64,000 bases of DNA from an uncultured bacterium (GTDB lineage Bacteria; SAR324; NAC60-12): NCBI GenBank assembly GCA_965662235.1, contig CBFIGY010000007.1, forward strand, positions 1-64,000, written 5' to 3'. Numbering within the stretch: position 1 is the stretch's first letter; every line of letters begins with the position of its first letter. The position numbers were made by a program, and so were the translations under genes. The notes under the pieces are model-generated. The model made no database searches, was not told where the DNA came from, and saw only the letters and a list, made by a program, of their open reading frames with translations. This document shows positions 20,206-30,195 of this stretch, one piece after another.

Positions 20206-20250
20206 TTGCGTCCGCGGCTTTTTTTGAATAAATTAACCAAACGTTCGGTT
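20206..20250 (+). promoter_or_regulatory. paa promoter with PaaR (TetR) operator
   Basis: TTGCGT-17 bp-TAAATT (20206-20234), then near-palindrome AACCAAACGTTCGGTT (20235-20250) resembling the ACCGNNCGNNCGGT PaaR core (recalled from literature). Confidence 0.65.
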
Positions 20251-20276
20251 TTTCAATTTAACAGAGGAGGACCCGC

Positions 20277-21254
20277 ATGGAATCGCAGAAGCCCATTTCC
20301 CCCGAAGCCCCGGCCGCCTCGTTGGCGACCCCGGATCCCCGAGAGCAGGAGTTTGAGGCCCGGATTGCCCGGGGGGAGAAGATTGAGCCCAAGGACTGGA
20401 TGCCGGAGCGGTACCGTCGGCAGTTGGTGCGGATGATGGCTCAGCATGCTCATTCGGAGGTGGTGGGCATGCTTCCGGAGGGCAATTGGATCACCCGAGC
20501 CCCTTCGCTCCGTCGCAAGATGGGGCTGCTGGCCAAGGTTCAGGATGAAGGCGGTCACGGCCTCTACCTTTACTGTGCTGCTGAGACGCTTGGCGTGGAT
20601 CGGGCGGACCTCGTGGAGGACCTGCTTGAGGGCAAGGCGAAGTACTCCAGCATCTTCAACTACCCGACTCTGTCGTGGGCTGACATTGGGGTGATTGGCT
20701 GGATTGTGGACGGCGCTGCGATCGTCAACCAGACCATGCTGGCCAAGGGCTCCTACGGCCCCTACGCCCGGGCCATGGTTCGGGTGTGCAAGGAAGAGAG
20801 CTTCCACAAGAAGCAGGGATACGAAATGGTCACGGCTCTGGCTCAGGGCACCCCCGAGCAGAAGCAGATGGTGCAAGACGCCCTCAACCGGTGGTGGTGG
20901 CCGGCGCTGATGATGTTTGGTCCGCACGACCAAAACTCCAGCAACTCGGATGAGCTGATGCGCTGGAAGGTGAAGCTGCAGAGCAACGATACCCTCCGCC
21001 AACGCTTTGTCAATCAGACGGTTAACCAGGCCCGGGCCATTGGCCTGACCCTTCCTGATCCGGACCTGCGCTTCAATGAAGCAACAGGCAACTGGGAATT
21101 CGGGGCCATCGACTGGAATGAATTCAAACGGGTCTTGAACGGACAGGGACCCTGCAACCGGGACCGGCTTCGCGCGCGACGCAAGGCCCATGACGAAGGA
21201 CGCTGGGTCCGCGAGGCGGCGCTGGCGTATGCCGAAAAACATCAGGTCAATTGA
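20277..21254 (+). CDS. paaA: Phenylacetyl-CoA epoxidase subunit A
   Basis: [39 protein letters not shown]. Confidence 0.97.
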   Translation: MESQKPISPEAPAASLATPDPREQEFEARIARGEKIEPKDWMPERYRRQLVRMMAQHAHSEVVGMLPEGNWITRAPSLRRKMGLLAKVQDEGGHGLYLYCAAETLGVDRADLVEDLLEGKAKYSSIFNYPTLSWADIGVIGWIVDGAAIVNQTMLAKGSYGPYARAMVRVCKEESFHKKQGYEMVTALAQGTPEQKQMVQDALNRWWWPALMMFGPHDQNSSNSDELMRWKVKLQSNDTLRQRFVNQTVNQARAIGLTLPDPDLRFNEATGNWEFGAIDWNEFKRVLNGQGPCNRDRLRARRKAHDEGRWVREAALAYAEKHQVN

Positions 21255-21265
21255 AGGAGGAACCC

Positions 21266-21553
21266 ATGGAAGCCCATGCTGATCGCTGGCCCGTCTGGGA
21301 AGTGTTTGTTCAGGAAAAGAGCGGGGCGCCGCATGAGCACGCCGGAAGCGTTCATGCTCCGGATGCGACTCTTGCGCTCCAGAATGCCCGGGATACCTAT
21401 GCCCGACGTTCCGGGTGCAGCCTCTGGGTGGTTCCGTCTGATGCCATCACGGCGAGCACACCGGAAGACAGCCCCATGCTGTTTGACTCCATTGCCGACA
21501 AGGTCTACCGGCATCCGCAGTTTTACAAAATCCCCCGCAGTGTGAGGCTCTGA
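21266..21553 (+). CDS. paaB: Phenylacetyl-CoA epoxidase subunit B
   Basis: AGGAGG RBS; WPVWEVF, HAGSVHAPD, NARDTYARR, KVYRHP. Confidence 0.95.
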   Translation: MEAHADRWPVWEVFVQEKSGAPHEHAGSVHAPDATLALQNARDTYARRSGCSLWVVPSDAITASTPEDSPMLFDSIADKVYRHPQFYKIPRSVRL

Positions 21554-22323
21554 TGGACCTTTCTGAGTTGCCGCGGCAGGCGTTCTTTCAGTACCTGCTC
21601 CGCCACGCCGACGACCGCCTGATCCTTGGGCATCGCCTCTCTGAGTGGTGTGGACACGCCCCGATTCTGGAAGAGGATCTGGCGCTCGCCAACATCGCGT
21701 TGGACCTGATTGGGCAGGCCACCAACCTCTACCACCTTGCTGGTGAGGTGGAAGGGGCCGGACGTTCTGAAGACGACCTGGCGTTTCTGCGGAACCCGGA
21801 CGCGTTTCGGAACCTGCAGCTGGTGGAACAACCGAACGGAGACTTTGCCCAGACGCTGATGCGTCAGTTCCTCTTTGATGCCTACGATCACCTGTTCCTG
21901 GAGCGCCTGCAGCAGTCGACTCATCCGGAGCTGGCAGGCATTGCCGGAAAAGCCTTCAAGGAAGCTCAGTACCACCTCCGGCACAGTCAGCAATGGGTGC
22001 TCCGCCTTGGTGACGGCACGGAGGAAAGCCACGGACGGGCGCAGCAGGCACTGGATGAGCTGTGGCGCTTCTCTCATGAACTTTGTGTGGCTGATGAGCT
22101 TGATCAAGAGCTGGCTGCACTGGGGCTGGTTCCGGACCTGACGCCTCTGGCCGCGCCTTGGAAGCAGCAGGTCACCGAGGTGCTGGCGGCCGCAACGCTG
22201 GCTCTTCCAGACGACCCCTACCAGGTTTCAGGCAGTCGTCAGGGGTGGCACACAGAGCACCTCGGGTACCTGCTGGCCGAGATGCAGGTTCTGCCCCGCA
22301 GCTATCCCGGCGCCCAGTGGTAG
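21553..22323 (+). CDS. paaC: Phenylacetyl-CoA epoxidase subunit C
   Basis: LSEWCGHAPILEEDLALANIALD, RLGDGTEESH, HTEHLGYLLAEMQ, YPGAQW. Confidence 0.96.
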   Translation: MDLSELPRQAFFQYLLRHADDRLILGHRLSEWCGHAPILEEDLALANIALDLIGQATNLYHLAGEVEGAGRSEDDLAFLRNPDAFRNLQLVEQPNGDFAQTLMRQFLFDAYDHLFLERLQQSTHPELAGIAGKAFKEAQYHLRHSQQWVLRLGDGTEESHGRAQQALDELWRFSHELCVADELDQELAALGLVPDLTPLAAPWKQQVTEVLAAATLALPDDPYQVSGSRQGWHTEHLGYLLAEMQVLPRSYPGAQW

Positions 22324-22814
22324 CCTCTGCCGTTTCTGCAGACGCGGCTCGTCCCGATCGCTCGGAGCAGGAAGCGTGGATCTGGGAGCTGCTGGAGGCG
22401 GTTCCGGATCCGGAAATTCCTGTGGTCAGCATTGTGGACCTTGGCATTGTCCGTCACGTTCACTGTGCCGCCCAGGAGGTCACGGTGACGTTGACGCCCA
22501 CGTACTCTGGATGCCCGGCCACCCGCGCCATCGAACAGTCGGTCCGGGAACAGCTGCAGACCCATGGCGTGCAGGCTTCCTTGAAGACCGTCTTTTCTCC
22601 CCCCTGGACCACCGACTGGATTCGCCCTGACGCCCGTGAGCGTTTGCAGGCGTATGGCATCAGCCCTCCGGAACGACGTTCTGGTCCTCCCCCCTGCCCC
22701 TTCTGTGAGTCGACTGAAACGCAGCTTCAGAGCGAGTTCGGCTCCACCCCCTGCAAAGCGTTGCATCGCTGCAAGAGCTGCCTCCAGCCCTTCGAACAGT
22801 TCAAGTGCGTTTAA
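22317..22814 (+). CDS. paaD: Phenylacetyl-CoA epoxidase subunit D
   Basis: VPDPEIPVVSIVDLG, TPTYSGCPA, WTTDW, CPFC, FGSTPCKA, C..C..PFE. Start approximate. Confidence 0.93.
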   Translation: MVASAVSADAARPDRSEQEAWIWELLEAVPDPEIPVVSIVDLGIVRHVHCAAQEVTVTLTPTYSGCPATRAIEQSVREQLQTHGVQASLKTVFSPPWTTDWIRPDARERLQAYGISPPERRSGPPPCPFCESTETQLQSEFGSTPCKALHRCKSCLQPFEQFKCV

Positions 22815-22815
22815 G

Positions 22816-23454
22816 ATGGCCCGAACCCGAGCCAAGGATTATGATGAAAAACGGGCGCTGATCCGGGAGAAGGCGGTGGAGCTGTTTGCTGAGCATGGCT
22901 TTGCGAACACCTCCATTGCCATGCTGGCGCAGGCGTGTGGGGCGTCCAAGGCTTGGCTGTATCATTACTACAGCAGCAAGGAGGCGTTGCTGTTTGAAAT
23001 CTTTGAGCAGCACACCCAGACCCTGCTTCACATCTTCAAGGACGTGGAGCGTCAGCAGCTTCCTCCTGCCGAGGCCCTCCGGGAGTGCCTGCTGCAGCTG
23101 ATGCGAGTCTATCAGCAGGCGCAAGCCACCCACCTGGTGCTCCTGTACGACCTCAACCGCCTGCCTCCGGAAGAGCGTGAGCAGATTGCCCGTCGGGAGC
23201 GCGAGGTGGTAGACGGCCTCGCAGCCTTGGTCGATCCGCTGGCCTCAGGTGTCTGGAAAACCCACCCGCAGTGGCGAAAACCCATTGCGATGACCCTCAT
23301 GGGCATGATCAACTGGACCTTCACCTGGCTCCGTCACGACGGGCCGGTGTCCCATGAGCAGTATGCTGAATTAGCAGGGACGATTTTCCTGGAAGGCATT
23401 GCCGCGCTTCCGGGAGGGCCGGCCCCTTCGTTTTTGAAAAAAGGTGAGTCATGA
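22816..23454 (+). CDS. paaR: TetR-family regulator (probable PaaR)
   Basis: TetR HTH (ELFAEHGFANTS...LYHYYSSKEALL), GMINWTFTW; located inside the paa cluster. Confidence 0.8.
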   Translation: MARTRAKDYDEKRALIREKAVELFAEHGFANTSIAMLAQACGASKAWLYHYYSSKEALLFEIFEQHTQTLLHIFKDVERQQLPPAEALRECLLQLMRVYQQAQATHLVLLYDLNRLPPEEREQIARREREVVDGLAALVDPLASGVWKTHPQWRKPIAMTLMGMINWTFTWLRHDGPVSHEQYAELAGTIFLEGIAALPGGPAPSFLKKGES

Positions 23455-24236
23455 GTTACGAAACCCTACTGTTTGACCAAAAAGACGGCTACGCGGTCAT
23501 CACCCTCAACCGTCCGGACCGTCTGAATGCCTTCACCTCGGAGATGCACGAGGAGCTGCGGGACGCAGTGGCCCGCATTGAACAAGACGCCAGCATCCGG
23601 GCCATGATCCTTACAGGGGCCGGTCGGGGCTTTTGTGCCGGGCAGGACCTTAATGAGCGCAAGGGAGCCGAAGAGGCGCTGGACCTAGGCAAGACCCTAG
23701 ACACGAACTACAACCCGATGGTCCGAAGGCTGCGTCAGTTGCCGATCCCCATCATCAGTGCCATCAACGGCATTGCGGCAGGAGCTGGAGCCAACCTAGC
23801 CCTGGCCGGGGACCTCCTAATGGCAGCTCAGTCGGCCCAGTTCATTCAGGCCTTCTGCCGGATTGGGCTGATTCCGGACTGTGGCGGAACCTTCTTCTTG
23901 CCTCGACTCATTGGGGAGGCCAAGGCCAAGGCTCTGGCGTTGACCGGTGAAGCGCTTTCGGCGGAGCAGGCCGAGCAGTGGGGGTTGATCTGGAAGGTCG
24001 TGCCCGATGACGCCTTGATGACCGAAGCCCATCAGCTGGCAGCCCATTTGGCGACGCAGCCGACGCGGGCGCTTGCATCCATCAAACAGGTGATGCAGGC
24101 GTCGTTGCAGAACACGCTGGACGCGCAGCTGGATCTGGAGCGAGATGTGCAACGTGAGTTGGGACACTCTGAGGACTTCCGGGAGGGCGTGATGGCCTTT
24201 CTGGAAAAACGCAAACCGACCTTCTCCGGACGCTGA
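23451..24236 (+). CDS. paaG: 2-(1,2-epoxy-1,2-dihydrophenyl)acetyl-CoA isomerase
   Basis: Crotonase motifs LNRPDRLNAF, FCAGQDL, AAGAGANLAL, GLIPDCGGT; paa context. Confidence 0.92.
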   Translation: MSYETLLFDQKDGYAVITLNRPDRLNAFTSEMHEELRDAVARIEQDASIRAMILTGAGRGFCAGQDLNERKGAEEALDLGKTLDTNYNPMVRRLRQLPIPIISAINGIAAGAGANLALAGDLLMAAQSAQFIQAFCRIGLIPDCGGTFFLPRLIGEAKAKALALTGEALSAEQAEQWGLIWKVVPDDALMTEAHQLAAHLATQPTRALASIKQVMQASLQNTLDAQLDLERDVQRELGHSEDFREGVMAFLEKRKPTFSGR

Positions 24237-24240
24237 CCCT

Positions 24241-25026
24241 GTGAAACTTGAAGTCTTGAGCCGGTATCCGGCCACCCCGTCGTCTCATCCACCCCTGTTG
24301 CTGGTGCACGGTGCCTTCACCAATGCCACCTGCTGGGAGTTCTTTCTGGAGTTCTTTGCCGAACAGGGACTGGAGGTGCATGCCCTCAGCCTCCGTGGGC
24401 ATGGCCAGAGCGAAGGCTGGCTCGACGGATCTGGGGTGCCGGATTATGTGGCCGACATCCACCGGGTGGCTCAAGCCCTGAAGCGTCCGCCGGTGCTCGT
24501 GGGGCACTCCATGGGAGGGTACCTAGCACAGGTCTATGCGCGTCAGCATGCTGTGGCGGGACTGGTGCTGATGGCGTCCCTTCCCCCGTGGGGGCTGGGG
24601 ATGGTGCTGAGTCACATGTCGGTGATGTACCCGTGGGAGTGGGCCCGCTTCCTCAACTACAGTTGGCTTCCGAAGAAGGTGCACCCGCAGGATCCCGTCT
24701 GGCAGGTGATTCTGGGGCAGGCTCCGGATCCGCGCTTGGCCGCACGCTGGGAGCCTCAGCGCGAGTCCTTCCGCAGCGCCCTTGAGCTCAGTGTGCCGTT
24801 GCTGCTGCCGTGGGCTCAGCCGGAGGTGCCGGTGCTCGTGATGGGGGCCTCGGGAGACAAACTCATTTCGCCTTCCATTGCCCGAGCCACTGCGCTGGCG
24901 TATGACGCGGAGCTACAGTTGTTTGAAATGGAAGGACATGCCATGATGCTGGATCAGCAATGGGGACGCGTCGCCACCTCCTTGCAGCACTGGGTGACCG
25001 GTTCCGGGAACGCTGCTGCGGCTTAA
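24241..25026 (+). CDS. Alpha/beta-fold hydrolase
   Basis: LLVHGA, LRGHGQS, GHSMGG nucleophile elbow, D..I, GHAMML. Confidence 0.85.
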   Translation: MKLEVLSRYPATPSSHPPLLLVHGAFTNATCWEFFLEFFAEQGLEVHALSLRGHGQSEGWLDGSGVPDYVADIHRVAQALKRPPVLVGHSMGGYLAQVYARQHAVAGLVLMASLPPWGLGMVLSHMSVMYPWEWARFLNYSWLPKKVHPQDPVWQVILGQAPDPRLAARWEPQRESFRSALELSVPLLLPWAQPEVPVLVMGASGDKLISPSIARATALAYDAELQLFEMEGHAMMLDQQWGRVATSLQHWVTGSGNAAAA

Positions 25027-25095
25027 GGATTGATCATTCGTGGCGTTCATGAAATAAGTAAGCCCCAAAGCGCTAACTTGCCCGAAGGATGATTC

Positions 25096-27129
25096 ATGAA
25101 GTTAAGTCCATTCCTCTCCGCCCTGGTGATTGGAGTCCTGCTCTTCTCCGCACCTGCTCAAGCGGCCAGCCGCATCAACAGCACGGTGCTCAAAGGGATT
25201 GTCGACCGCTTCGTCTCCATTCACTACGCGCAGACGCCTCTGAATGATGAGATTTCGCAAAAGACCTTCCACAACTACCTCAACCGCCTTGATCCAGGAC
25301 ACTACTACTTCCTGGAAACCGATGTGGAGGAGTTCCGCAAGTATGAGCTGGAGCTAGACGACCAGCTCAAGCGTGGAGACGGAAGCTTTGCCGATGTGGT
25401 CTTCTCGCGCTTCAAAACCCGCCTCTCAGAACGCCTGGAAGCCCTCGAATCCTACGGTCCCGACGAGTTTGACTTCAGCAAAGATGCCGAATGGCAGATC
25501 GACCGCAAGGAGGCTCCTTACCCGAAGGACGCCGCTGAGGCGGAGCAGGTGTGGCGTACCAAGATCAAGTTCGACATGCTGACCCTCAAACTCGGAGGCA
25601 GCACTATTGAAGAAGGGCACGAGCGTCTCATCAAACGCATCCGGGGCCTCTGGAAGGATTACTCGCAGTACGACGACGACGACGTCCAGTCGATGCTGAT
25701 CAATGCCCTCACTGCCGCCTACGATCCTCATTCCTCTTACCTGCCTCAGCAGGAACTGCAGACCTTTGACATTCAGATCAAGCTGTCTCTGGAAGGCATT
25801 GGGGCGGTTCTGCGCTGGGAAGACGGCTACACCGTCGTCAACTCCATTGTTCCAGGAGGTGCCGCAGCCCGGCATGGGAAGCTCAAGGTGGAAGACCGCA
25901 TCATTGCGGTGGGACAGGGAGACGAGCCGTTTGAGAGCGTGATTGACATGCGCCTCAACGACGTCGTTCAGCTCATCCGAGGAGAGCGAGGCACGAAGGT
26001 GCGACTGCAGGTTCTCCGGAAAAGCGAAAAAGGCTTTGACACCCTAACCTTTGCCATCATCCGGGACCGGGTGGTGCTGAAGGATGGAGAGGCCAAGGCT
26101 GAGGTCTTCGACCCGCAGGCGAACGCGGACAAAGGGCCAGAAGCGTACCGGATTGGTGTCATTGAGCTGCCCTCCTTCTATGTTGATTTCAACGACCGGC
26201 GCAAGAATCCCCGGAACTACAAAAGCTCCTCCCGTGACGTGATGCAGCACTTGGAGGAATTCAAGCAGGCCGGAGTGGACGGCGTGATCCTTGACCTCCG
26301 GAACAATGGGGGCGGGGGCCTGGATGAGGCCATCAACATGTCGGGACTGTTCATTGGACGCAACCCGGTGGTGGTGGTCCGGCAATCCGGAGGTCACCAG
26401 GTGACGGTACACCGGAGCCGCCAAGAGGTGGTTTACGACGGGCCTCTGCTGGTCATGCAAAACCGCTACAGCGCCTCGGCATCTGAGATCTTAGCGGGCG
26501 CCATGCGCGACTACAAACGAGCCCTTTTGGTGGGAGACCGGACCTCGTTTGGCAAGGGAACCGTTCAGAACATTGTGCAGCTGCCTCAGGGATATGGCGC
26601 CCTGAAGGTCACCATTGCGCAGTTCTATCGCGTCTCCGGCTCCTCCACCCAGAACCGGGGAGTGGAATCGGACATCCTGCTTCCCTCCCTGAACAATGTC
26701 CGGGAGATTGGTGAGTCCACCTTGGAAAACGCGCTTCCGTGGCGGGCCATTTCGGCTGTGAGCTACCGCCCCCTCAACGACGTCAACGAGGGCCTGGTTT
26801 CAGAACTGAACCGTCGCTCAACGGAACGCCTGAGCGAAACCGAAGGCTTCCAGCAGATTGCCTCGGACATTCAGGAGTTTGAGACCAAGGTGAAGCCGAT
26901 GCAGTTCACCAGCATTCTGCAGATGCAGGAAGACTTTGAGCGTCGGCGGGAAGAGAAAGAGGCGGACCTGGCTCAGGCAACTCCTGTGGACAACGCCAGT
27001 GAAACCACCACCGCTCCTGCCCCTGAGGAGCCGAAACCCTCCATTGCCCTGGATCCGTACCTCTCAGAAAGCATGCGCATTCTGGAGGACTACATCCGCC
27101 TTCAGCAGCACGCGAGAAACAACCAGTGA
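25096..27129 (+). CDS. prc: Carboxy-terminal processing (tail-specific) protease, S41
   Basis: Signal peptide; DPHSSY, LEGIGAVL, PDZ, DLRNNGGG, SASASEI, GKGTVQ. Confidence 0.93.
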   Translation: MKLSPFLSALVIGVLLFSAPAQAASRINSTVLKGIVDRFVSIHYAQTPLNDEISQKTFHNYLNRLDPGHYYFLETDVEEFRKYELELDDQLKRGDGSFADVVFSRFKTRLSERLEALESYGPDEFDFSKDAEWQIDRKEAPYPKDAAEAEQVWRTKIKFDMLTLKLGGSTIEEGHERLIKRIRGLWKDYSQYDDDDVQSMLINALTAAYDPHSSYLPQQELQTFDIQIKLSLEGIGAVLRWEDGYTVVNSIVPGGAAARHGKLKVEDRIIAVGQGDEPFESVIDMRLNDVVQLIRGERGTKVRLQVLRKSEKGFDTLTFAIIRDRVVLKDGEAKAEVFDPQANADKGPEAYRIGVIELPSFYVDFNDRRKNPRNYKSSSRDVMQHLEEFKQAGVDGVILDLRNNGGGGLDEAINMSGLFIGRNPVVVVRQSGGHQVTVHRSRQEVVYDGPLLVMQNRYSASASEILAGAMRDYKRALLVGDRTSFGKGTVQNIVQLPQGYGALKVTIAQFYRVSGSSTQNRGVESDILLPSLNNVREIGESTLENALPWRAISAVSYRPLNDVNEGLVSELNRRSTERLSETEGFQQIASDIQEFETKVKPMQFTSILQMQEDFERRREEKEADLAQATPVDNASETTTAPAPEEPKPSIALDPYLSESMRILEDYIRLQQHARNNQ

Positions 27130-27659
27130 GTGACCCCATCTATCAAGACCCCTCCACCCTTGAAGTGCTCATTTCCGAGCAACAGCTCCGTCAACGGGTG
27201 ACGGAGTTGGGAGCTGCCATCACTCAGCACTATCAAGGCGAGGAGCTGTGGGTGATTGGGGTGCTGAAGGGGGCGTTCATGTTTACGGCTGACCTTGTCC
27301 GAACCCTCCGGCTGCCCTGCCAGCTTCACTTTGTGGAGGCCTCCAGCTACGGCGACCAGAAGACCTCCTCTGGGAAAGTGGCCATGCGTCACCAGCTCAA
27401 TGTGACCGGCAAGCATGTGCTGATTGTGGAGGACATCTATGACACTGGAAACACGCTCACCCGCATTCTGGAGGACCTGAGCGACCAGGCCCCAGCCTCG
27501 GTGGAGGTCTGTGCGCTGCTCAACAAGCAGATTCCGGAGAAGCAACCGGTCACCGTCCGCTTCCAGGGCTTCGAGATTCCGCCACGCTTTGTGGTCGGGT
27601 ACGGACTGGACTACGCGGAGTATTACCGAGAAGTTCCCTTCATTGCCTGTCTCGATTGA
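27126..27659 (+). CDS. hpt: Hypoxanthine phosphoribosyltransferase
   Basis: GVLKGA, VLIVEDIYDTGNT PRPP loop, FVVGYGLDY. Confidence 0.95.
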   Translation: MSDPIYQDPSTLEVLISEQQLRQRVTELGAAITQHYQGEELWVIGVLKGAFMFTADLVRTLRLPCQLHFVEASSYGDQKTSSGKVAMRHQLNVTGKHVLIVEDIYDTGNTLTRILEDLSDQAPASVEVCALLNKQIPEKQPVTVRFQGFEIPPRFVVGYGLDYAEYYREVPFIACLD

Positions 27660-28270
27660 TGCGTTTTGCTCTGATTGGGGCACTCGTGGCCCTGTTTGCC
27701 CTCAGCCCCTTCCAGTCTGCTTGGGGGGCACAGGCCAAGCTCCGGATCCTCATCCCGGTCGGCGGTGAAGACACGGCTACTGGTTTTGACAACGGAACCG
27801 TTGGCACCTCCGGATTCGGCATTACCTTGGTGAACCCGGTTGGCGCAGACACTCGAGTGGGCGCTGGGTACACCTACTTCCGGGGCCGACTGGTGGACGC
27901 TCCCGAAAATCAGGAACAGTACGTGGCCGTGCTGACCGCCCACATGCTCAGCCTTGGTGGCGAGTACAGCGGCATCTCCCTCTCACAGGACTACAGCTTG
28001 GTGCTGGGGCTCTATGTGGACTTTCCTATCAGTGGGCTTGGCACCGTCGATTCCGCCACCCAGAACGGCCCCAGCTCTGATGCCACCGGAGTAAGCGGCT
28101 CCGGAGGATTTGGCAGCCTCGGCATCACCAACGGACGCTGGGAGGTCGTGGGGTACTACCAACAGACGGAGCTGACGTTTCACGGACTCACAGTCTCCCG
28201 GACCTCTGGCTCCGAGGAGGTGGTCCTCAACCTCCAGTCGTTTGGCATCGGACTGGGTTACCTGTTTTAA
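27659..28270 (+). CDS. Exported protein, probable small outer-membrane beta-barrel
   Basis: Signal peptide, alternating amphipathic strands, C-terminal GIGLGYLF. Confidence 0.7.
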   Translation: MRFALIGALVALFALSPFQSAWGAQAKLRILIPVGGEDTATGFDNGTVGTSGFGITLVNPVGADTRVGAGYTYFRGRLVDAPENQEQYVAVLTAHMLSLGGEYSGISLSQDYSLVLGLYVDFPISGLGTVDSATQNGPSSDATGVSGSGGFGSLGITNGRWEVVGYYQQTELTFHGLTVSRTSGSEEVVLNLQSFGIGLGYLF

Positions 28271-28273
28271 GAC

Positions 28274-29266
28274 ATGTTCCGCATCCTCACTGACGCAAAC
28301 ACCTACACCCCCCACCGTCCCCTCATTGAACCGCATGTGCCCAACGGCATGGAACTCGTGTGGCTGGACTTCACCAAACCTGAGTTCGGCGATGCGCTTC
28401 CTGAAGCAGACGCCATCTTTGGGCTGGGAAACCCCACTGAAGCCCAGTACGAGTCGGCAAAGAAGCTGAAGCTGATCCAGACGATCAGCGCGGGTGTGAA
28501 TGAGATCGACCTCGACCGGGCCCGCCGCTTTGGAGTCCCCGTGGCAAACAACTCCGGGGCAAATTCCATTTCCGTGGCCGAGCATGTCCTGATGCTGATG
28601 CTGGGGGTTTACCGTCAGCTCATCTTCCACCACAACAGCGTCGTGACAGGTCCGTGGGAAGCCCGCAAGAAGCAGAACCGGGAGCTTCATGGTCGGACCC
28701 TTGGCATTGTTGGGCTGGGCTACATTGGGCGAGCGCTGGCAACCCGGGCGCAGGGATTGGGCATGCGTGTGCTTTACTTCGACGTCGTCCGGCGTGATGA
28801 GGTCGGCGCCGAGTTTCGGATGCTTCCGGACCTGATTGCCGAGTCGGATTTTGTCAGCTACCACGTTCCGCTGACGGAGTACACGACTCATCTGATCAAC
28901 GAGCAGACGCTTTCGTGGATGAAGCCGGACGCAGTGCTCATCAATGCGTCCCGAGGAGGGGTGCAGGATGAACAGGCCGTCTACCAGGCGCTCGCGAAGG
29001 GAAGCATTTATGGTGCAGGACTCGACGTTTTTGAGGTGGAGCCCCTTCCGGAAGACTCCCCCATCCGGACCCTGAACAACGTGGTGCTGACGCCTCACAG
29101 TGCGCCGACGATTGAGTACTATGAGCGGGCGGTCCAGAACGCGTTCCGGAACCTCCAGGCGGTCGCCGACACGGGGAAGCCGCAGGTGCAGATTCAAAAT
29201 TATGAGGCTGATACAGAGGCCTTCCTGCAGGCCCATCCGGAAGTTGACTGGATGCCCGGACGCTAG
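28274..29266 (+). CDS. D-2-hydroxyacid dehydrogenase family protein
   Basis: SVAEH, GIVGLGYIG, INASRGG, LDVFEVEP, LTPHSA. Confidence 0.9.
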   Translation: MFRILTDANTYTPHRPLIEPHVPNGMELVWLDFTKPEFGDALPEADAIFGLGNPTEAQYESAKKLKLIQTISAGVNEIDLDRARRFGVPVANNSGANSISVAEHVLMLMLGVYRQLIFHHNSVVTGPWEARKKQNRELHGRTLGIVGLGYIGRALATRAQGLGMRVLYFDVVRRDEVGAEFRMLPDLIAESDFVSYHVPLTEYTTHLINEQTLSWMKPDAVLINASRGGVQDEQAVYQALAKGSIYGAGLDVFEVEPLPEDSPIRTLNNVVLTPHSAPTIEYYERAVQNAFRNLQAVADTGKPQVQIQNYEADTEAFLQAHPEVDWMPGR

Positions 29267-29319
29267 GCGCATGCTCCTTGCATGAGTCGCCGGGAGTTAA
29301 CGCATCCGCAGGAGCTTTG

Positions 29320-30195
29320 ATGTCCCCTTACGAAATCCTGGGTGTACGCCCAGACGTTTCCTTTTCTGAAGTCAAACAGGCGTTTCGGCGTGCCGTTCTG
29401 CGCTACCATCCGGACACAGCACCTGGTGGCGGGAACCCGATCCGCTTCCGCCAGGTGACTGAAGCCTACGAAGAGCTCCAGCGCACCCACCCCCGGTACC
29501 TCGAAGCCTCCCCTCCACCGCCCCCGCCTCCTGAGCCGGAACCTCCTCAGTCGGTGTGGACGCCCAGCCAAGAAGAGCCCCGTTACTCGCCCCTTGCCGA
29601 TGCTGAGACGGTTCGACTGACGCTGGAAGAGCTGATCAACTGCATCGAGTTTTCGGAAAACCGCTACGTCCGGCAGGTCGCCATGGAGTCGATTGCGATG
29701 AAGCGGGAACGGGAAGGATTGGACTACCTGATTGCGCGTCTGCAGAAGGTTCCGGCGTCAGAGCAGTGCCACATCATCCGGGCGCTTGGACAGCAGGGGC
29801 TGGATCAGGTGTGCTCGGTGCTGATGCCCTTTGTCAGTCAAGAGCCCATTGAAATCTCTGCCGCAGCGATTCAGGCGCTGGAACGGATTGCCCTCGCCAA
29901 TCGGCAACGGGTCATCGACCGGCTCCGGCAGGAAACCACAACCTCCCGGGAACGTCTGCTGACGCCGTGGCGCAAGCTCCGGGAACTCGTCACCGGTCCT
30001 CCTCCGAACTCTGGAAACCTGGGAGAGATCCTGGTCCGTACCAAGAAGCTCAACCGCGATCAACTGGAAGTGGCGCTCTTGCTTCAGAAGCGCTTCCCCC
30101 TCCTGCTCGGCCAGATCATCCGGCACCTCGAGTACCTCACCATTGCTGAAATCCAGCAGGCGATCAACCTGCAGCGCAGCGTCCAGTACTACTGA
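29320..30195 (+). CDS. J-domain protein with HEAT-like repeats and a C-terminal MshEN-like domain
   Basis: GGAG RBS; PYEILGV...YHPD...EAYEEL; Pro-rich linker; HEAT-like helices; tandem LGxxL...LxxQ. Confidence 0.8.
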   Translation: MSPYEILGVRPDVSFSEVKQAFRRAVLRYHPDTAPGGGNPIRFRQVTEAYEELQRTHPRYLEASPPPPPPPEPEPPQSVWTPSQEEPRYSPLADAETVRLTLEELINCIEFSENRYVRQVAMESIAMKREREGLDYLIARLQKVPASEQCHIIRALGQQGLDQVCSVLMPFVSQEPIEISAAAIQALERIALANRQRVIDRLRQETTTSRERLLTPWRKLRELVTGPPPNSGNLGEILVRTKKLNRDQLEVALLLQKRFPLLLGQIIRHLEYLTIAEIQQAINLQRSVQYY

